DNA from: Bacillales bacterium UBA2753
Lineage (GTDB): Bacteria; Bacillota_I; Bacilli_A; RFN20; CAG-826
NCBI GenBank assembly: GCA_002353275.1
Contig: DEJH01000041.1
Coordinates: forward strand, 34,201 to 98,200
Reading direction: 5' to 3'
DNA length: 64,000 nucleotides
Below the pieces are notes generated by a model that saw only the letters and a list, made by a program, of their open reading frames with translations, searched no databases and was not told the origin of the DNA. Below are positions 39,311 to 49,646 of this stretch, one piece after another (within the stretch, counting starts at the first letter, position 1; each line of letters starts with the position of its first letter). The translations under genes were made by a program, and so were the position numbers.

Positions 39311-40257
39311 AGTTGCTTTTTTTGATCTAATAATTTTGAAATGTCTATCATACTCCCAGTTACTTCGTTCATTTCCTTAGATTCAAAAGATCCAATTCCG
39401 CCCGACTTAATAAAAGTGAATTCGCAGAAATGTAAACCGTTTTCATTTTCAATAAAGTCGACACGGCAAAAAGGAAAGTTCGAAGCATATTTACTAATAA
39501 ATAGTTTCATATAATTAATATTAGGTGGGACAACTAATTGGTTTTTGTTGGAACCCAATGGGTTCCAATAAGAATCATAAAGAAGTTCGCTTTTTTTCTC
39601 ACTTTGTCGTTTATTAACAACATTCACGAATTTAATTTGACCATAGTTAGTCATAAATTCATATTCTGTCGCATTATCCATATCAATATATTCTTCAACA
39701 AAAATCAAAGGCTTGATGTATCTATAATTGTTTTCAAAACAAGTATAGTAATGATTATATTTCATAGCTATTTTTAACATTCGATACACCGCTTTAAGAC
39801 TCTTAATTTTGATGCCATATTTTCTAGTAATAACACCATTGTTATAAATAAAAATGTCACCGCAAGAATGGTTGGATTTAATCACAAATCTTTTAATCGA
39901 ATCTTTATTATTAGAAATCCATTTTTCTAATTCTCTCACATCATCAGTAAAGAAAAGTGCTTTTGGCACAATATCACCATCGCCACTATCGGCTAGATAT
40001 TGTTTAACTCTATATTTATCTGATAATATGGTTTCTTTTGAATCAAAATAGTAATGTTTAATATAGTTTATTTTGTCAAAAAAAGTCTTAGGGTTCTCAA
40101 GATTTAAATTGACCTTATATTTTTTACGATATCTTTTTAATGTCCATTTTTGAGGATTGTTTCTATAGAAAAAAGTAGAAAGAATGCATCTCTTTTTCCC
40201 TAACCAATACATAGTAGTTGGGAAATTTGTTTTTAGAAAAGTTTGAACATTACTCAT
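39307..40257 (-). CDS. TupA-like ATP-grasp protein (teichuronopeptide-type)
   Basis: ENPKTFFDKINYIKHYYFDS ... LSDKYRVKQYLA pattern typical of the TupA-like ATP-grasp family. Overlaps neighbours by 4 nt. Confidence 0.5.
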   Translation of the reverse strand: MSNVQTFLKTNFPTTMYWLGKKRCILSTFFYRNNPQKWTLKRYRKKYKVNLNLENPKTFFDKINYIKHYYFDSKETILSDKYRVKQYLADSGDGDIVPKALFFTDDVRELEKWISNNKDSIKRFVIKSNHSCGDIFIYNNGVITRKYGIKIKSLKAVYRMLKIAMKYNHYYTCFENNYRYIKPLIFVEEYIDMDNATEYEFMTNYGQIKFVNVVNKRQSEKKSELLYDSYWNPLGSNKNQLVVPPNINYMKLFISKYASNFPFCRVDFIENENGLHFCEFTFIKSGGIGSFESKEMNEVTGSMIDISKLLDQKKQL

Positions 40258-40308
40258 AAATATAATTATAGGAAAGGGAATAATAAAAAAGCAAAATAAA
40301 GAATTTAT

Positions 40309-42612
40309 TTACTTTTTAATTATTGATAAAAGATCATTTGCATAAAGTTCAATGTTTAATTCGTTTTCGGCAGTCTTTATTGCATTAGTTTTTCTAAAAA
40401 TGTTTTTCTTAATATCATTAATAGAAAACTTAATAGATTCCAATAACTCACTAGATCCATGTCCGTTAATGATAATTGAATTATTCTCGTTCAAGATGTC
40501 GGATAAATTTGATGAGAGATTACATATTGGAGTAACACCCAAAGCTAGAGATTCACTAATTTTGGTTGGGAAACCTGCTTTCGCAAACACTTTCTCTTCA
40601 TCCCTCAATAAAACGGAATAATCAGATTCGGCGTATTTATTTAAAATGAATTCCTTGTTTTGTCTACCAAAGAAACTAATTACGTTTTTATCATATTGTA
40701 GAACATTATGCTTCGTCGCCCATTCCTCATTAACGCCAATAATATTAAAATGAACGTCATTCTTTTTAGACATTTCACCTAAATTGGAAAAGGTTTCAAT
40801 AATGGTTGGAAGAAGATCCTTGTTTTCAGGATTTCCACAATAAATATAATTAATTCCAGTATGCTTCACTGGTTTTTGTCTTAAAGATGAAATGTAATTA
40901 TAGTCAAAACAAAATGGTACATAAACGCATTTCATTTCTCTTTTGCTTATCTTGTTAAATAAATATTTGCTTATCACAATGAAGGAGTCGTTTTCGTTGT
41001 AATAGTCATTTACAAAATAATGGTTAATTTTGAATGCTTTTCTAGATAAAACGTTATAATCTTCAAACTCATCTTTTGTGTATTCCTCTGTAATGATGTA
41101 GGAATAGTTAACTCCACTTTCATAATACTGCGCTCTTACCCAGGTATAGAAAGAATACGAATATTCGCAACTAAAGAAGATATGAACTGGGTGTTCAATA
41201 TTATTTTTTAAATATAAGTATACTTTCCATTCAAATAGCAACTGATTAATAACTTTAGAGATGAATGAATTTCCACTACTTCGTAAAGATACATATTTTC
41301 CAAAATAACTTTCTTGTACTTCCTTTTTCTTTGTGTAACCACTGCCAATGCAAATCACATTGTATCCATATTTCTTATATACCGAGGCAATACTTCCGAT
41401 ATATGTAGCAAACGCATTATCATCAGGAAATTTTGCCTTTGTAACAAAAACAACAGTTCCCTTATTATCTTTAAGTTCTTCTTTTCTAGTTATTTCTAGG
41501 TCCTTTTTGTATTTAATAAATGTTTTTATTGAGACTGCTATGGCAAATAGAACTGTAAATATCAAAACAATATTTAGCAATGCTTCGTTGGAGCCAAAAG
41601 CAGAGAATCCAAACAAATTGATTAACTTATTCTTAATTACAAGAACAAATAAGCACGATATAGAGAAATATGCCAATAGCCATACAAACAAAGCATATTT
41701 TCTTCTTGATAATTTAACTTTTTCGACATTAAACAAATAAATTGAAATAAGTAAAATTAACAGCATGACAATTGAAGAAGCAATAATCATAACCGTTTGT
41801 AAAATTTTGTTTCGACTAGTTTTATTTAGTGTATCAAGTTTGCCTAAAAGATTGTTTTCTTTAAAGTTACCACCTAAGATAACTTTTCCACCACATCCAT
41901 TTACATAATTTACAAAGTTGTTATAAACATAGCCGCTTTCTTGCGTGTCTGAGGTAAGCATATCAAAAACACAGGTGAATTTATCTGATAAGAAGTTTTC
42001 ACTAACAAAAACACAGTTTGAGAACGAATTATTGAAATAACTTCCGCGAGATCTCCAACCAGAATTAGTAATAGAAGTGTTATAAAAACCTCCTATCTTA
42101 AACGGATAGACCACACCATTGATCGTTATACTAACATCAACATCAACTATTTTCTTTGGGTCAGATACAAAATCCGAGACCATGTCTTGAGGGACATAAA
42201 TATAATTATCGTTTTTAAGTTTATCCCAGCGATTGTCACTATAGACTCTATATTGATTATAGATACTATTTAAATTGCTTTGCTTTGCACTTACCAAATT
42301 ACATTGCTTATCGTTAATCAAAACTTCATCAAGAGAATAGCCAATCATATTGTTATATTCGGAATCGTTTTTTAACTTAAAGCTCATAAGCGAATCATAA
42401 TCACAAGAACTATGATTGAGATCAGTTTTAATCACTAGAGAGCTACCATTTAGGTTGTTGCTGCAGTAATCGTCGATTAAAACCTTTTTTGAATAATTCG
42501 AACCCAAATAGAACGGACTAGAAAAAAGCGCAATTACGTCAATAATTACAACAAGGCCAAGTATAATTAAATTTTTAAAATTAATTTTTTTCATAATTTG
42601 CTTGACCTTCAT
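40309..42612 (-). CDS. membrane-anchored glycosyltransferase (N-terminal TM/extracytoplasmic domain plus C-terminal GT4 domain), 767 aa
   Basis: TM helices around residues 15-35 and 290-370. C-terminal EGFPTKISESLALGVTPICN GT4-like motif. Confidence 0.65.
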   Translation of the reverse strand: MKVKQIMKKINFKNLIILGLVVIIDVIALFSSPFYLGSNYSKKVLIDDYCSNNLNGSSLVIKTDLNHSSCDYDSLMSFKLKNDSEYNNMIGYSLDEVLINDKQCNLVSAKQSNLNSIYNQYRVYSDNRWDKLKNDNYIYVPQDMVSDFVSDPKKIVDVDVSITINGVVYPFKIGGFYNTSITNSGWRSRGSYFNNSFSNCVFVSENFLSDKFTCVFDMLTSDTQESGYVYNNFVNYVNGCGGKVILGGNFKENNLLGKLDTLNKTSRNKILQTVMIIASSIVMLLILLISIYLFNVEKVKLSRRKYALFVWLLAYFSISCLFVLVIKNKLINLFGFSAFGSNEALLNIVLIFTVLFAIAVSIKTFIKYKKDLEITRKEELKDNKGTVVFVTKAKFPDDNAFATYIGSIASVYKKYGYNVICIGSGYTKKKEVQESYFGKYVSLRSSGNSFISKVINQLLFEWKVYLYLKNNIEHPVHIFFSCEYSYSFYTWVRAQYYESGVNYSYIITEEYTKDEFEDYNVLSRKAFKINHYFVNDYYNENDSFIVISKYLFNKISKREMKCVYVPFCFDYNYISSLRQKPVKHTGINYIYCGNPENKDLLPTIIETFSNLGEMSKKNDVHFNIIGVNEEWATKHNVLQYDKNVISFFGRQNKEFILNKYAESDYSVLLRDEEKVFAKAGFPTKISESLALGVTPICNLSSNLSDILNENNSIIINGHGSSELLESIKFSINDIKKNIFRKTNAIKTAENELNIELYANDLLSIIKK

Positions 42613-45302
42613 ATTTTTGCACTCCTCATTTTTTTCATTTCAAAGAAGCAAATTAATGGCAACCCTGCCGCAAGAATTGCACAGGCCAAAACATTTCCTA
42701 AAATAATAAATTCCCATCCAAACACATTTCCAAATACTTTTCCAAAGATAACAGAGCATGAGATTTTAATAACTGCAGCAGCTATATATAAAGCAAGCTG
42801 TGCCTTGATAATTGATAATCCGTTTGCAATAGCGCTAAACGAAACAGCAACAATCCAGAAAAATGCATAAAGAAGGAAGAAAAGAAGAGTCTTAAAATCT
42901 ACTGGAATTGTATTACTACCAAGCCATATATCAAGTAATGGTTGGAAGAATACACCAATAAGTACTAATAAAACTGTAAAAACGGCAACAAATAACAATA
43001 ACCTCTTAATTAATTTTTTAATGCCATCAACATCGTTCGTTTCCTTCATTTTTGTAACCATCGACCAATATGGAAGCGTAATAGTAGCAAATAAGGAAAT
43101 AACAACCTGAATCAATTTGTTGTAATCCGTATATAAAACGGTTGTACTGGATCCATAAAAGTTGGATATTAATAATTCATTAGTAGAATTGATTGCTAGG
43201 AGCATCATCTGAATAACGAAGAATCCTAAACCTAATGACATTACTTCTTTGGTAGCAACCTTAGTAAAATCATTCTTCTTCAATCTGTAATTAGGGAAAT
43301 ATTTCTTCCAGACAATTATTGTTCCCACTATTAAAGGAATATTGATAACACAGAAATACACTATTGATATGCTTATGAGCTTTGCTTCGTTTCCAGGAAT
43401 TTGAATAATGGCGGCAAAAAGCATCAAGCACAATGTAGAAATAAGGGCAAACGAATTTGCAAAAGCCTGTTTTTGTAATGCCTGAAGAATGACAGTAACA
43501 TTTTTCAAAGAGAACTCAATACAAATAGAGGCGATGACAATAAGTAAACTTATTCTTAATACTATAGGAGATATGATTTCTGAGCTAATGCCTAGAAGCA
43601 TATTGATATCTAAAGTAAATATTAAAACCGTAGCAACTAGAAGAATCACTAAGGACATAAGAAAACTATAAACATACGTAGAAGTGATTAACTCATTTTG
43701 CTTCTTAATGTCATTTTCTAAAAGTGGCTTAATAAGTTTGTTCCTCAGACCATTTCCTAACCCCAAATCAAAAGTAATAATCATGCTCATGATTGATAAA
43801 ATGGTTAACCAAATACCAAGAACGCCCTCGTTGTTAAAATAACGAATGTAAAGAGGGTATGAGAAGAATCCTAAAACTAATGACAATCCTTTAATCAAAA
43901 ATGACATCAACACATTTCTTTTAAGAATCGAATCATTGTCTTTTTTTGTTAACGATTTAATAACACTTTTTTCATCAAAAGGATCAAAAACAGCAGAGGA
44001 AGAATCTTTATCTAATCCATCTTTGATTAATAAGAAAACCAATATGTAATCAAACGCGATACCTTGGTGAGGTTCTTTAAACATAATTAATAAATATAGG
44101 ATTGTTAAAAAAATTTTATCTTCAAGTTCTATCTTTTTTGAAAAGAAAATACCTAATATAAGGAAAACCGGAAATGTTAGACCAAGAATTCCAAATTCGG
44201 CCATGAAATAAGTAAGAGTAGATGTTTGGGCATGAATGTTTTTTTCAATAGCTTCGGTTGCATAATATTGGCTCATTTTAGCCATACCATTTCCAAATAT
44301 TGGGCTCTTAAGCCAGCACTGAAAGTCAAACACAATTGAGTTAATTCTATCTCCACCAAAAATAACAACCTTGCCATTTACCACTAACTTAGAGAAAACG
44401 CTAGGCATCCATTTTGATAAAAGGGGGACAATTTCTTTTTGAAAAACTGTAAATGATATGACTATGCCGAATATCAATAGATAGAAAAATGCCGTTAGCC
44501 AAATATTCTCGACTTTCCTATTAATCAAAAGTATTAACACGACCGCAAGACACAAATATCCAAAAGTGGAAAAGGTCAAAATAAGACCTAATAAATAAGT
44601 AAGGAAAAATATCTTTCTAATTTTCTTCCTAAACAAAATTTCAAAACTTAGCGCTAGCAAAAGAAAAGTAGCAAGTAAGCCTGGTTCCCAAAACGCTCCT
44701 TGCATTCTTGTTTCTCCATATTGAAATGTTAAAAAGAAGTAATTGTAAAATACTGTTCCTTTTCCAGAAATAAATGTTGGGAAGAAAGAATAGTTAATAT
44801 CAGTGATTAATGTAGGTATGAAAACGATAATCGCAAATAAAGTTAAGATAAAAATAGCGATTTGGTAATATTTAATAAACTTATCAAAATTGAATAATCT
44901 TGCGATTATAAATGCACAGCATATCCTTAATCCATATGACATGTACATCATTAGAGAACTTGTCTCATTAGCCGCAAAGATGGTGATAAAAGCGTTTAAC
45001 GCAAATATGCCAAAAGCGATCATCATCCATGTTGGTCGCTTTTTCTTTATCATGTTTGCAACATAGGAAGATCCATTGATGAATATGTATATGAACGCAA
45101 CAGTTAAAACTGAAATCAAAAGAACAAGTGTTTGATAGAAAGTGTCATCAAGAAGATATGTATATGTATAACCGCTGTTTAAGAGAATAATAGCGAAAAC
45201 AGCAACCGCTAAAAGACCACGGAAAAGTTTGCTCTTGTTGTTAGTAACAAATAAGCGTAAATCTGAAAATACTGAACAAATATTTTTAATTACCACGTTC
45301 AT
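42609..45302 (-). CDS. fused Wzy-type polymerase/O-antigen-ligase domain and Wzx-type flippase, 897 aa, about 20 TM
   Basis: N-terminal half has the Wzy_C-like RMQGAFWEPGLLATF loop. C-terminal half (from around KNVLMSFLIKGLSLVLGF) is a polysaccharide-biosynthesis (Wzx/MOP) flippase domain. Confidence 0.7.
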   Translation of the reverse strand: MNVVIKNICSVFSDLRLFVTNNKSKLFRGLLAVAVFAIILLNSGYTYTYLLDDTFYQTLVLLISVLTVAFIYIFINGSSYVANMIKKKRPTWMMIAFGIFALNAFITIFAANETSSLMMYMSYGLRICCAFIIARLFNFDKFIKYYQIAIFILTLFAIIVFIPTLITDINYSFFPTFISGKGTVFYNYFFLTFQYGETRMQGAFWEPGLLATFLLLALSFEILFRKKIRKIFFLTYLLGLILTFSTFGYLCLAVVLILLINRKVENIWLTAFFYLLIFGIVISFTVFQKEIVPLLSKWMPSVFSKLVVNGKVVIFGGDRINSIVFDFQCWLKSPIFGNGMAKMSQYYATEAIEKNIHAQTSTLTYFMAEFGILGLTFPVFLILGIFFSKKIELEDKIFLTILYLLIMFKEPHQGIAFDYILVFLLIKDGLDKDSSSAVFDPFDEKSVIKSLTKKDNDSILKRNVLMSFLIKGLSLVLGFFSYPLYIRYFNNEGVLGIWLTILSIMSMIITFDLGLGNGLRNKLIKPLLENDIKKQNELITSTYVYSFLMSLVILLVATVLIFTLDINMLLGISSEIISPIVLRISLLIVIASICIEFSLKNVTVILQALQKQAFANSFALISTLCLMLFAAIIQIPGNEAKLISISIVYFCVINIPLIVGTIIVWKKYFPNYRLKKNDFTKVATKEVMSLGLGFFVIQMMLLAINSTNELLISNFYGSSTTVLYTDYNKLIQVVISLFATITLPYWSMVTKMKETNDVDGIKKLIKRLLLFVAVFTVLLVLIGVFFQPLLDIWLGSNTIPVDFKTLLFFLLYAFFWIVAVSFSAIANGLSIIKAQLALYIAAAVIKISCSVIFGKVFGNVFGWEFIILGNVLACAILAAGLPLICFFEMKKMRSAKI

Positions 45303-46273
45303 CTTTTTCTCAAAACATGGTTCCTAATTGAAACCAAAAACTCCTTAAACCTTAAAGATAATGGTTTACATATAATATGATCACAGTAATTTTGATATCT
45401 CTTGTTTTCACGACTATCAATTAAGACATTCAATTTACGGTCCAAAGAATAAACAGGCACTTCACAGAATCTTTTTGTCATAACGTTTCTTTTATATTTC
45501 TTGAAATTAATTTGATTATGAATACTAAATGTGTCCACACCGATATTTCTAATCAAATTAACTTTTGGGGAGATTACATAAAGATCTCGCATCATAATGC
45601 ATTCAATTAAGTGGAAATCCCATGAATTAAATCTTTTCTCCTTAAGATACTTGGTTCTTTCAAAAAGGACTGATTTATATTGTTGGTTCGCCAACGCCTT
45701 ATTCTTGTATTTGCTGAAAAACTCTTCTTTAAATAAAGGTGAATCCACTTCTTCAAGATAACGTGGGTAATATTTCTTAAACTTACTAGACCAACTTGCC
45801 CATCCACAAGGGAGAAGCGCTTTCACTCTAAAGCAATCAGTCTTACATTTTTCAAATTTGTTGCCACCATAGTTCGTACCGCAAACTAAAAATGTATTTT
45901 CATCATCTTTGTAGTAATCAAGCATTTGTTCGCAATATGAGAAGAATGATTCATTAGGTAAGTTATCATCTTCAATAAAAATACACTTTTCTTCTTTATC
46001 AAATATTTCCCAAGCACCAATACCGATGTTTTGATATACACCTCTATTTTCTTTGGCAAAGTCTTTAATAACTTCACAGTCCCAATCAATCATGCTTAAA
46101 ACAAGATTTCTAACTTTCTCTACTTCTTGTTTTTCAGTTTCGTTTCTTCCTTGGTCTGATCTTAAATAGAGTTTTGACGGTTTAACTTTCCTTAGTACAT
46201 CAAAAATACGAGGCAAGCTCTCACTTCTCTTGAATAGGAATATACAAACAGGGATATTAAATTGAGTAGACAT
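45299..46273 (-). CDS. putative GT-A fold glycosyltransferase (GNT-I/HlpA-like)
   Basis: IPVCIFLFKRSESLPRIFDVLRKVKPSKLYLRSDQGR pattern. Weak family assignment. Confidence 0.45.
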   Translation of the reverse strand: MSTQFNIPVCIFLFKRSESLPRIFDVLRKVKPSKLYLRSDQGRNETEKQEVEKVRNLVLSMIDWDCEVIKDFAKENRGVYQNIGIGAWEIFDKEEKCIFIEDDNLPNESFFSYCEQMLDYYKDDENTFLVCGTNYGGNKFEKCKTDCFRVKALLPCGWASWSSKFKKYYPRYLEEVDSPLFKEEFFSKYKNKALANQQYKSVLFERTKYLKEKRFNSWDFHLIECIMMRDLYVISPKVNLIRNIGVDTFSIHNQINFKKYKRNVMTKRFCEVPVYSLDRKLNVLIDSRENKRYQNYCDHIICKPLSLRFKEFLVSIRNHVLRKR

Positions 46274-46385
46274 ATTGATTCTCGTATGGTTGATTCTATC
46301 ACAAATGCGCTTTCGTTGTATAGAACACGATATTTAAAAAATAACGTGATTCTTATATAACGTACATGGAATTTGTATGTTTTCG

Positions 46386-46415
46386 ATAATAAAAATGATT
46401 GCAATTATGCAATCA
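46386..46415 (-). terminator. intrinsic terminator downstream of the GT2 gene
   Basis: On the minus strand, TGATTGCA-taat-TGCAATCA followed by TTTTTATTATCG. Confidence 0.6.
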
Positions 46416-46439
46416 AGAAATTAAGAAATAGCTATATGA

Positions 46440-47222
46440 TTAAGTCTTCTTCATATATCTTAAACGCCTATAGAAAAAGTAGAGTCCATTTCTCCAGGCA
46501 TATAAGGTTGATTTGACCTTTCCAAACCCATATAATTTTTGGAACATTTCTTTATGATATTTGATTAAACTAACCTTGCTTTCACTTGATAAAGAAGAAG
46601 ACATTCTTCTATAAGAAGCTAATACCTTTTTTAATCTATAACAATTGGCTTTTTCAGATAACTTAATCCACAAAGCGTAATCATTTCTTTTCATGATTGA
46701 ATTTGGTATCTCTAAGTCAGGATAAATGTCTCTTTTATACATGACTGTCAAGCAACCAACATAGTCTGTTTTGATAAATGTTTTATGTTTCATTCTAAGC
46801 GGTCCAGTAACATACACACCTCTTGAACAACCGTCCTCATCAATCTCGTTATAATCAGTGCATGAGAAAGAATAATTATGTTCTTTCATGAACGATAGTT
46901 GTTCTTCTAGCTTTGTTTCTAACCAAATATCGTCTCCATCGAGAAACGCAATATATTCACCATGTGCATTCTTTATCCCTCTATTACGGGAGAACGCCGC
47001 TCCTGATTGAGCTTCATTTTCAAGCAAAACAATCCTGCTATCATTTATTGATTTAACAATATCAACCGTTCTATCTTTTGAATAATCATCAATAACAATA
47101 ATCTCAAAATTTTGATATGTTTGGATCAATATAGAATCAATAGTAGTTTTAATTGTTTTCTCACAATTATATGCAGGAACTATTACAGAAACAAGGCTGC
47201 TATCTTCTTTCGTTTTAATCAT
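46440..47222 (-). CDS. GT2-family glycosyltransferase
   Basis: VSVIVPAYNCEKTIKTTIDSILIQTYQNFEIIVIDDYSKD and DGDD motif region. Start chosen at MIKTKEDSS. Confidence 0.85.
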   Translation of the reverse strand: MIKTKEDSSLVSVIVPAYNCEKTIKTTIDSILIQTYQNFEIIVIDDYSKDRTVDIVKSINDSRIVLLENEAQSGAAFSRNRGIKNAHGEYIAFLDGDDIWLETKLEEQLSFMKEHNYSFSCTDYNEIDEDGCSRGVYVTGPLRMKHKTFIKTDYVGCLTVMYKRDIYPDLEIPNSIMKRNDYALWIKLSEKANCYRLKKVLASYRRMSSSLSSESKVSLIKYHKEMFQKLYGFGKVKSTLYAWRNGLYFFYRRLRYMKKT

Positions 47223-47291
47223 ATCGGTTCTTTTCAATAATAACAAATTATTGAGTGTCTAACAACACCGTAACATTATAGGAGACAAAGA

Positions 47292-48988
47292 TATAACTTG
47301 AAAAACTAAATTCCGTTTTTAGAATTAAACTTTGTTTTTCGGAATTTTCTCTTACAAATGTTATGTTTTATATGTCTATGCTTCCGTCGAAAGGAGGTCA
47401 TCATATGAAACAAAAGCATATGACAAAAGAAATGCGAGAACGCATTGAAAAAGGTATTAGAGAAGGTGAATTTTTAATAGAAATTGCTAATGCGATCGAT
47501 AAAGACCCTACTACTATATCGAAAGAAGTATACAAACATAGAAATAAGGTTATAAAAGATCCTAAATCCACTGTTGTATCTAGCTTCTGCACAAAGTGTT
47601 CTAATTTTCAAAAATGTGACATTATCCATTTATGCAAAACACAAGGATGCAGCAAAAAATGTAAAAGTTGCTCTAGTCTTAATCCAACATTAATTTGTTC
47701 ATTTTTTATCGAAAACAAATGTAAAAGATTAAGTAGATTTCCTTATGTTTGTAATGGATGTAGTAAAAGATTAAGGTGTCGATTAGAAAAATATGAATAT
47801 GTTCCTATAACCGCTCAAAGGGATTATGAAAAAGAACTTCATGAATCTAGACAAGGATTAAACCTCACTGGTGATGAATTTAAAAAGATTGATGAGGTTT
47901 TCAAGGAAGGATTTGAAAACGGACAATCCATCAATCATATAATCGCTAATAATCCAGAACTTAAGATATCAGTTAAAACAGGATATAACTATGTCAATTC
48001 TGGTAATTTCCAGGTTAAACACAATGATTTACCTAACTATATGAATCATATTCTTAAGAAAAGGAAGATTATTTCTAAAGATTATGAATATCAAGAAAAT
48101 AGAGATATGAACCGTAAAGGAAGGGAATATTACGATTATCTTCTATATATCGACACAAACGATATTGTTTATCACGGAGAACTAGACTGTGTTGGGATAA
48201 CAAAAGATTATGTCGGAGCTTTACTTACTATCATCATTCCTAAATGGAGTTTCTTACTTTTATTTAAGCTAGACATAAAAGATATGGCTCACGTTAATAG
48301 TTGTATCAATTTTGTTTATAAAGCAATGGGTTATGACAAATTCAATAAATATTTAGGGGTTCTTTTAACAGATAGAGGCCCAGAATTTAATGACTATCAA
48401 GGAATTGAATTTGATGAAGATGGGGTTAGAAGATGTAGACTATTCTACTGTGATTCAGGTCAATCCACTCAAAAACCATTTGTAGAAAGAATTAATCGAG
48501 AAATAAGAAGATATGTCTTTAAAGGACAATCGGTTGAGAATTTATCTCAAATAGACTGTGATTTAATCGCTTCTTACATTAACAACATGACTTTAGATGG
48601 ATTAGGCAATAGAACGCCATATGAATTCGCGAAAAGATTTTTAGGTGAAGAAATCCTAGAAAAATTAAATATCGAATACATTAAAGCGAATGATTTAATT
48701 ATCAAAAATATCGATTAAATAAAGCACGAATTAAAAAAATCCAAGTAGAAGGAAGCTACCTGGATAAGCATATGACGGAAGCATAGAACTGAATTTACTC
48801 TTACAACGGAATTTACCGTAATCTTTTCTTATGCTTTCCTAACTCTATTTTTATCGCTATTTTTGTTGCTTTGCAAGAGTTTGAAACACTTAATTCCGTT
48901 TTAATTAAAGAAAAACTCCGTTAAATAGCATTTAATCTTTCAAACAAAATTTTAATTCTATAAACGGAATTTAGTTTTGCAAGTTACA
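47292..48988 (+). mobile_element. IS30-family-like insertion sequence (about 1.7 kb)
   Basis: About 45-bp imperfect terminal inverted repeats (TAACTTGAAAAACTAAATTCCGTTTTTAGAATTAAA vs TAACTTGCAAAACTAAATTCCGTTTATAGAATTAAA on the opposite strand). Multiple subterminal AATTCCGTT/AACGGAATT copies. Flanked by direct 14-bp ATAGGAGACAAAGA (47278-47291, 48989-49002). Confidence 0.6.
47405..48718 (+). CDS. IS30-family DDE transposase with Cys-rich N-terminal extension
   Basis: N-terminal HTH MTKEMRERIEKGIREGEFLIEIANAI. DDE core (GELDCVG ... LTDRGPEF ... ERINREIRRY). C-terminus FKGQSVENLSQIDCDLIASYINNMTLDGLGNRTPYEF matches the IS30 signature. RBS GGAGG. Confidence 0.75.
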   Translation: MKQKHMTKEMRERIEKGIREGEFLIEIANAIDKDPTTISKEVYKHRNKVIKDPKSTVVSSFCTKCSNFQKCDIIHLCKTQGCSKKCKSCSSLNPTLICSFFIENKCKRLSRFPYVCNGCSKRLRCRLEKYEYVPITAQRDYEKELHESRQGLNLTGDEFKKIDEVFKEGFENGQSINHIIANNPELKISVKTGYNYVNSGNFQVKHNDLPNYMNHILKKRKIISKDYEYQENRDMNRKGREYYDYLLYIDTNDIVYHGELDCVGITKDYVGALLTIIIPKWSFLLLFKLDIKDMAHVNSCINFVYKAMGYDKFNKYLGVLLTDRGPEFNDYQGIEFDEDGVRRCRLFYCDSGQSTQKPFVERINREIRRYVFKGQSVENLSQIDCDLIASYINNMTLDGLGNRTPYEFAKRFLGEEILEKLNIEYIKANDLIIKNID

Positions 48989-49085
48989 ATAGGAGACAAA
49001 GAATATACAAAAGAAAAGTTGACCAGCATCAGCTTAGAATCTCACTCAAAAAGGAATATACAATCGCTTTGTCGTAGTAAACTAA

Positions 49086-49646
49086 TTAAATAATATTAGC
49101 TTTATTCGGTAAATATTTTGACAAAACAACAAGTATGTTGCTACAGTTAAGTTCAATGGCTAGCTTGCTTAATCTTTCCTTATCAACTCTGCTAATCATA
49201 TTGTTTTTTGCAAAATCTTTTGCTTCCTGTGTTTTGTTTGTTAAAGTTTCTGGCTCAACTTTTAGAAAAACATTTTCGGCGTTTTTGCAAAACCAAACAA
49301 GTTCATATTCTTTTTCGTTAATGTAGTCACACAAATTGTGAAAGAAAGAACCTTTCTTATACGCTTTTTCAGTCGAATCGGTATCAATGAAATAAATAGT
49401 AACTGTCTTACCACCTTCATTATATGACCTAAACATGTTTTTAAGATTTTTAATTTTGTTCTCGATTTTTTTATTTTTGTAATTTGCTTTGCCACCTAAT
49501 GTAATCCACTGAATGTTAACACCAGACGTGTCAAAAAAGTGTTTAATCACATCGTTAATATAGACAGCATCTGTTTTTTCTTCACTCGAGGTTTCTGCAA
49601 CAAGTAAAAGTTGAAGAGGATTATCCATTATTTGTTCCTCCTCCAA
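49086..49646 (-). CDS. small acidic Toprim-like/DUF4276-like protein partnered with an ABC-type ATPase
   Basis: LLLVAETSSEE and IYFIDTD acidic clusters. Start overlaps the upstream ATPase gene by 26 nt. Confidence 0.45.
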   Translation of the reverse strand: MEEEQIMDNPLQLLLVAETSSEEKTDAVYINDVIKHFFDTSGVNIQWITLGGKANYKNKKIENKIKNLKNMFRSYNEGGKTVTIYFIDTDSTEKAYKKGSFFHNLCDYINEKEYELVWFCKNAENVFLKVEPETLTNKTQEAKDFAKNNMISRVDKERLSKLAIELNCSNILVVLSKYLPNKANII

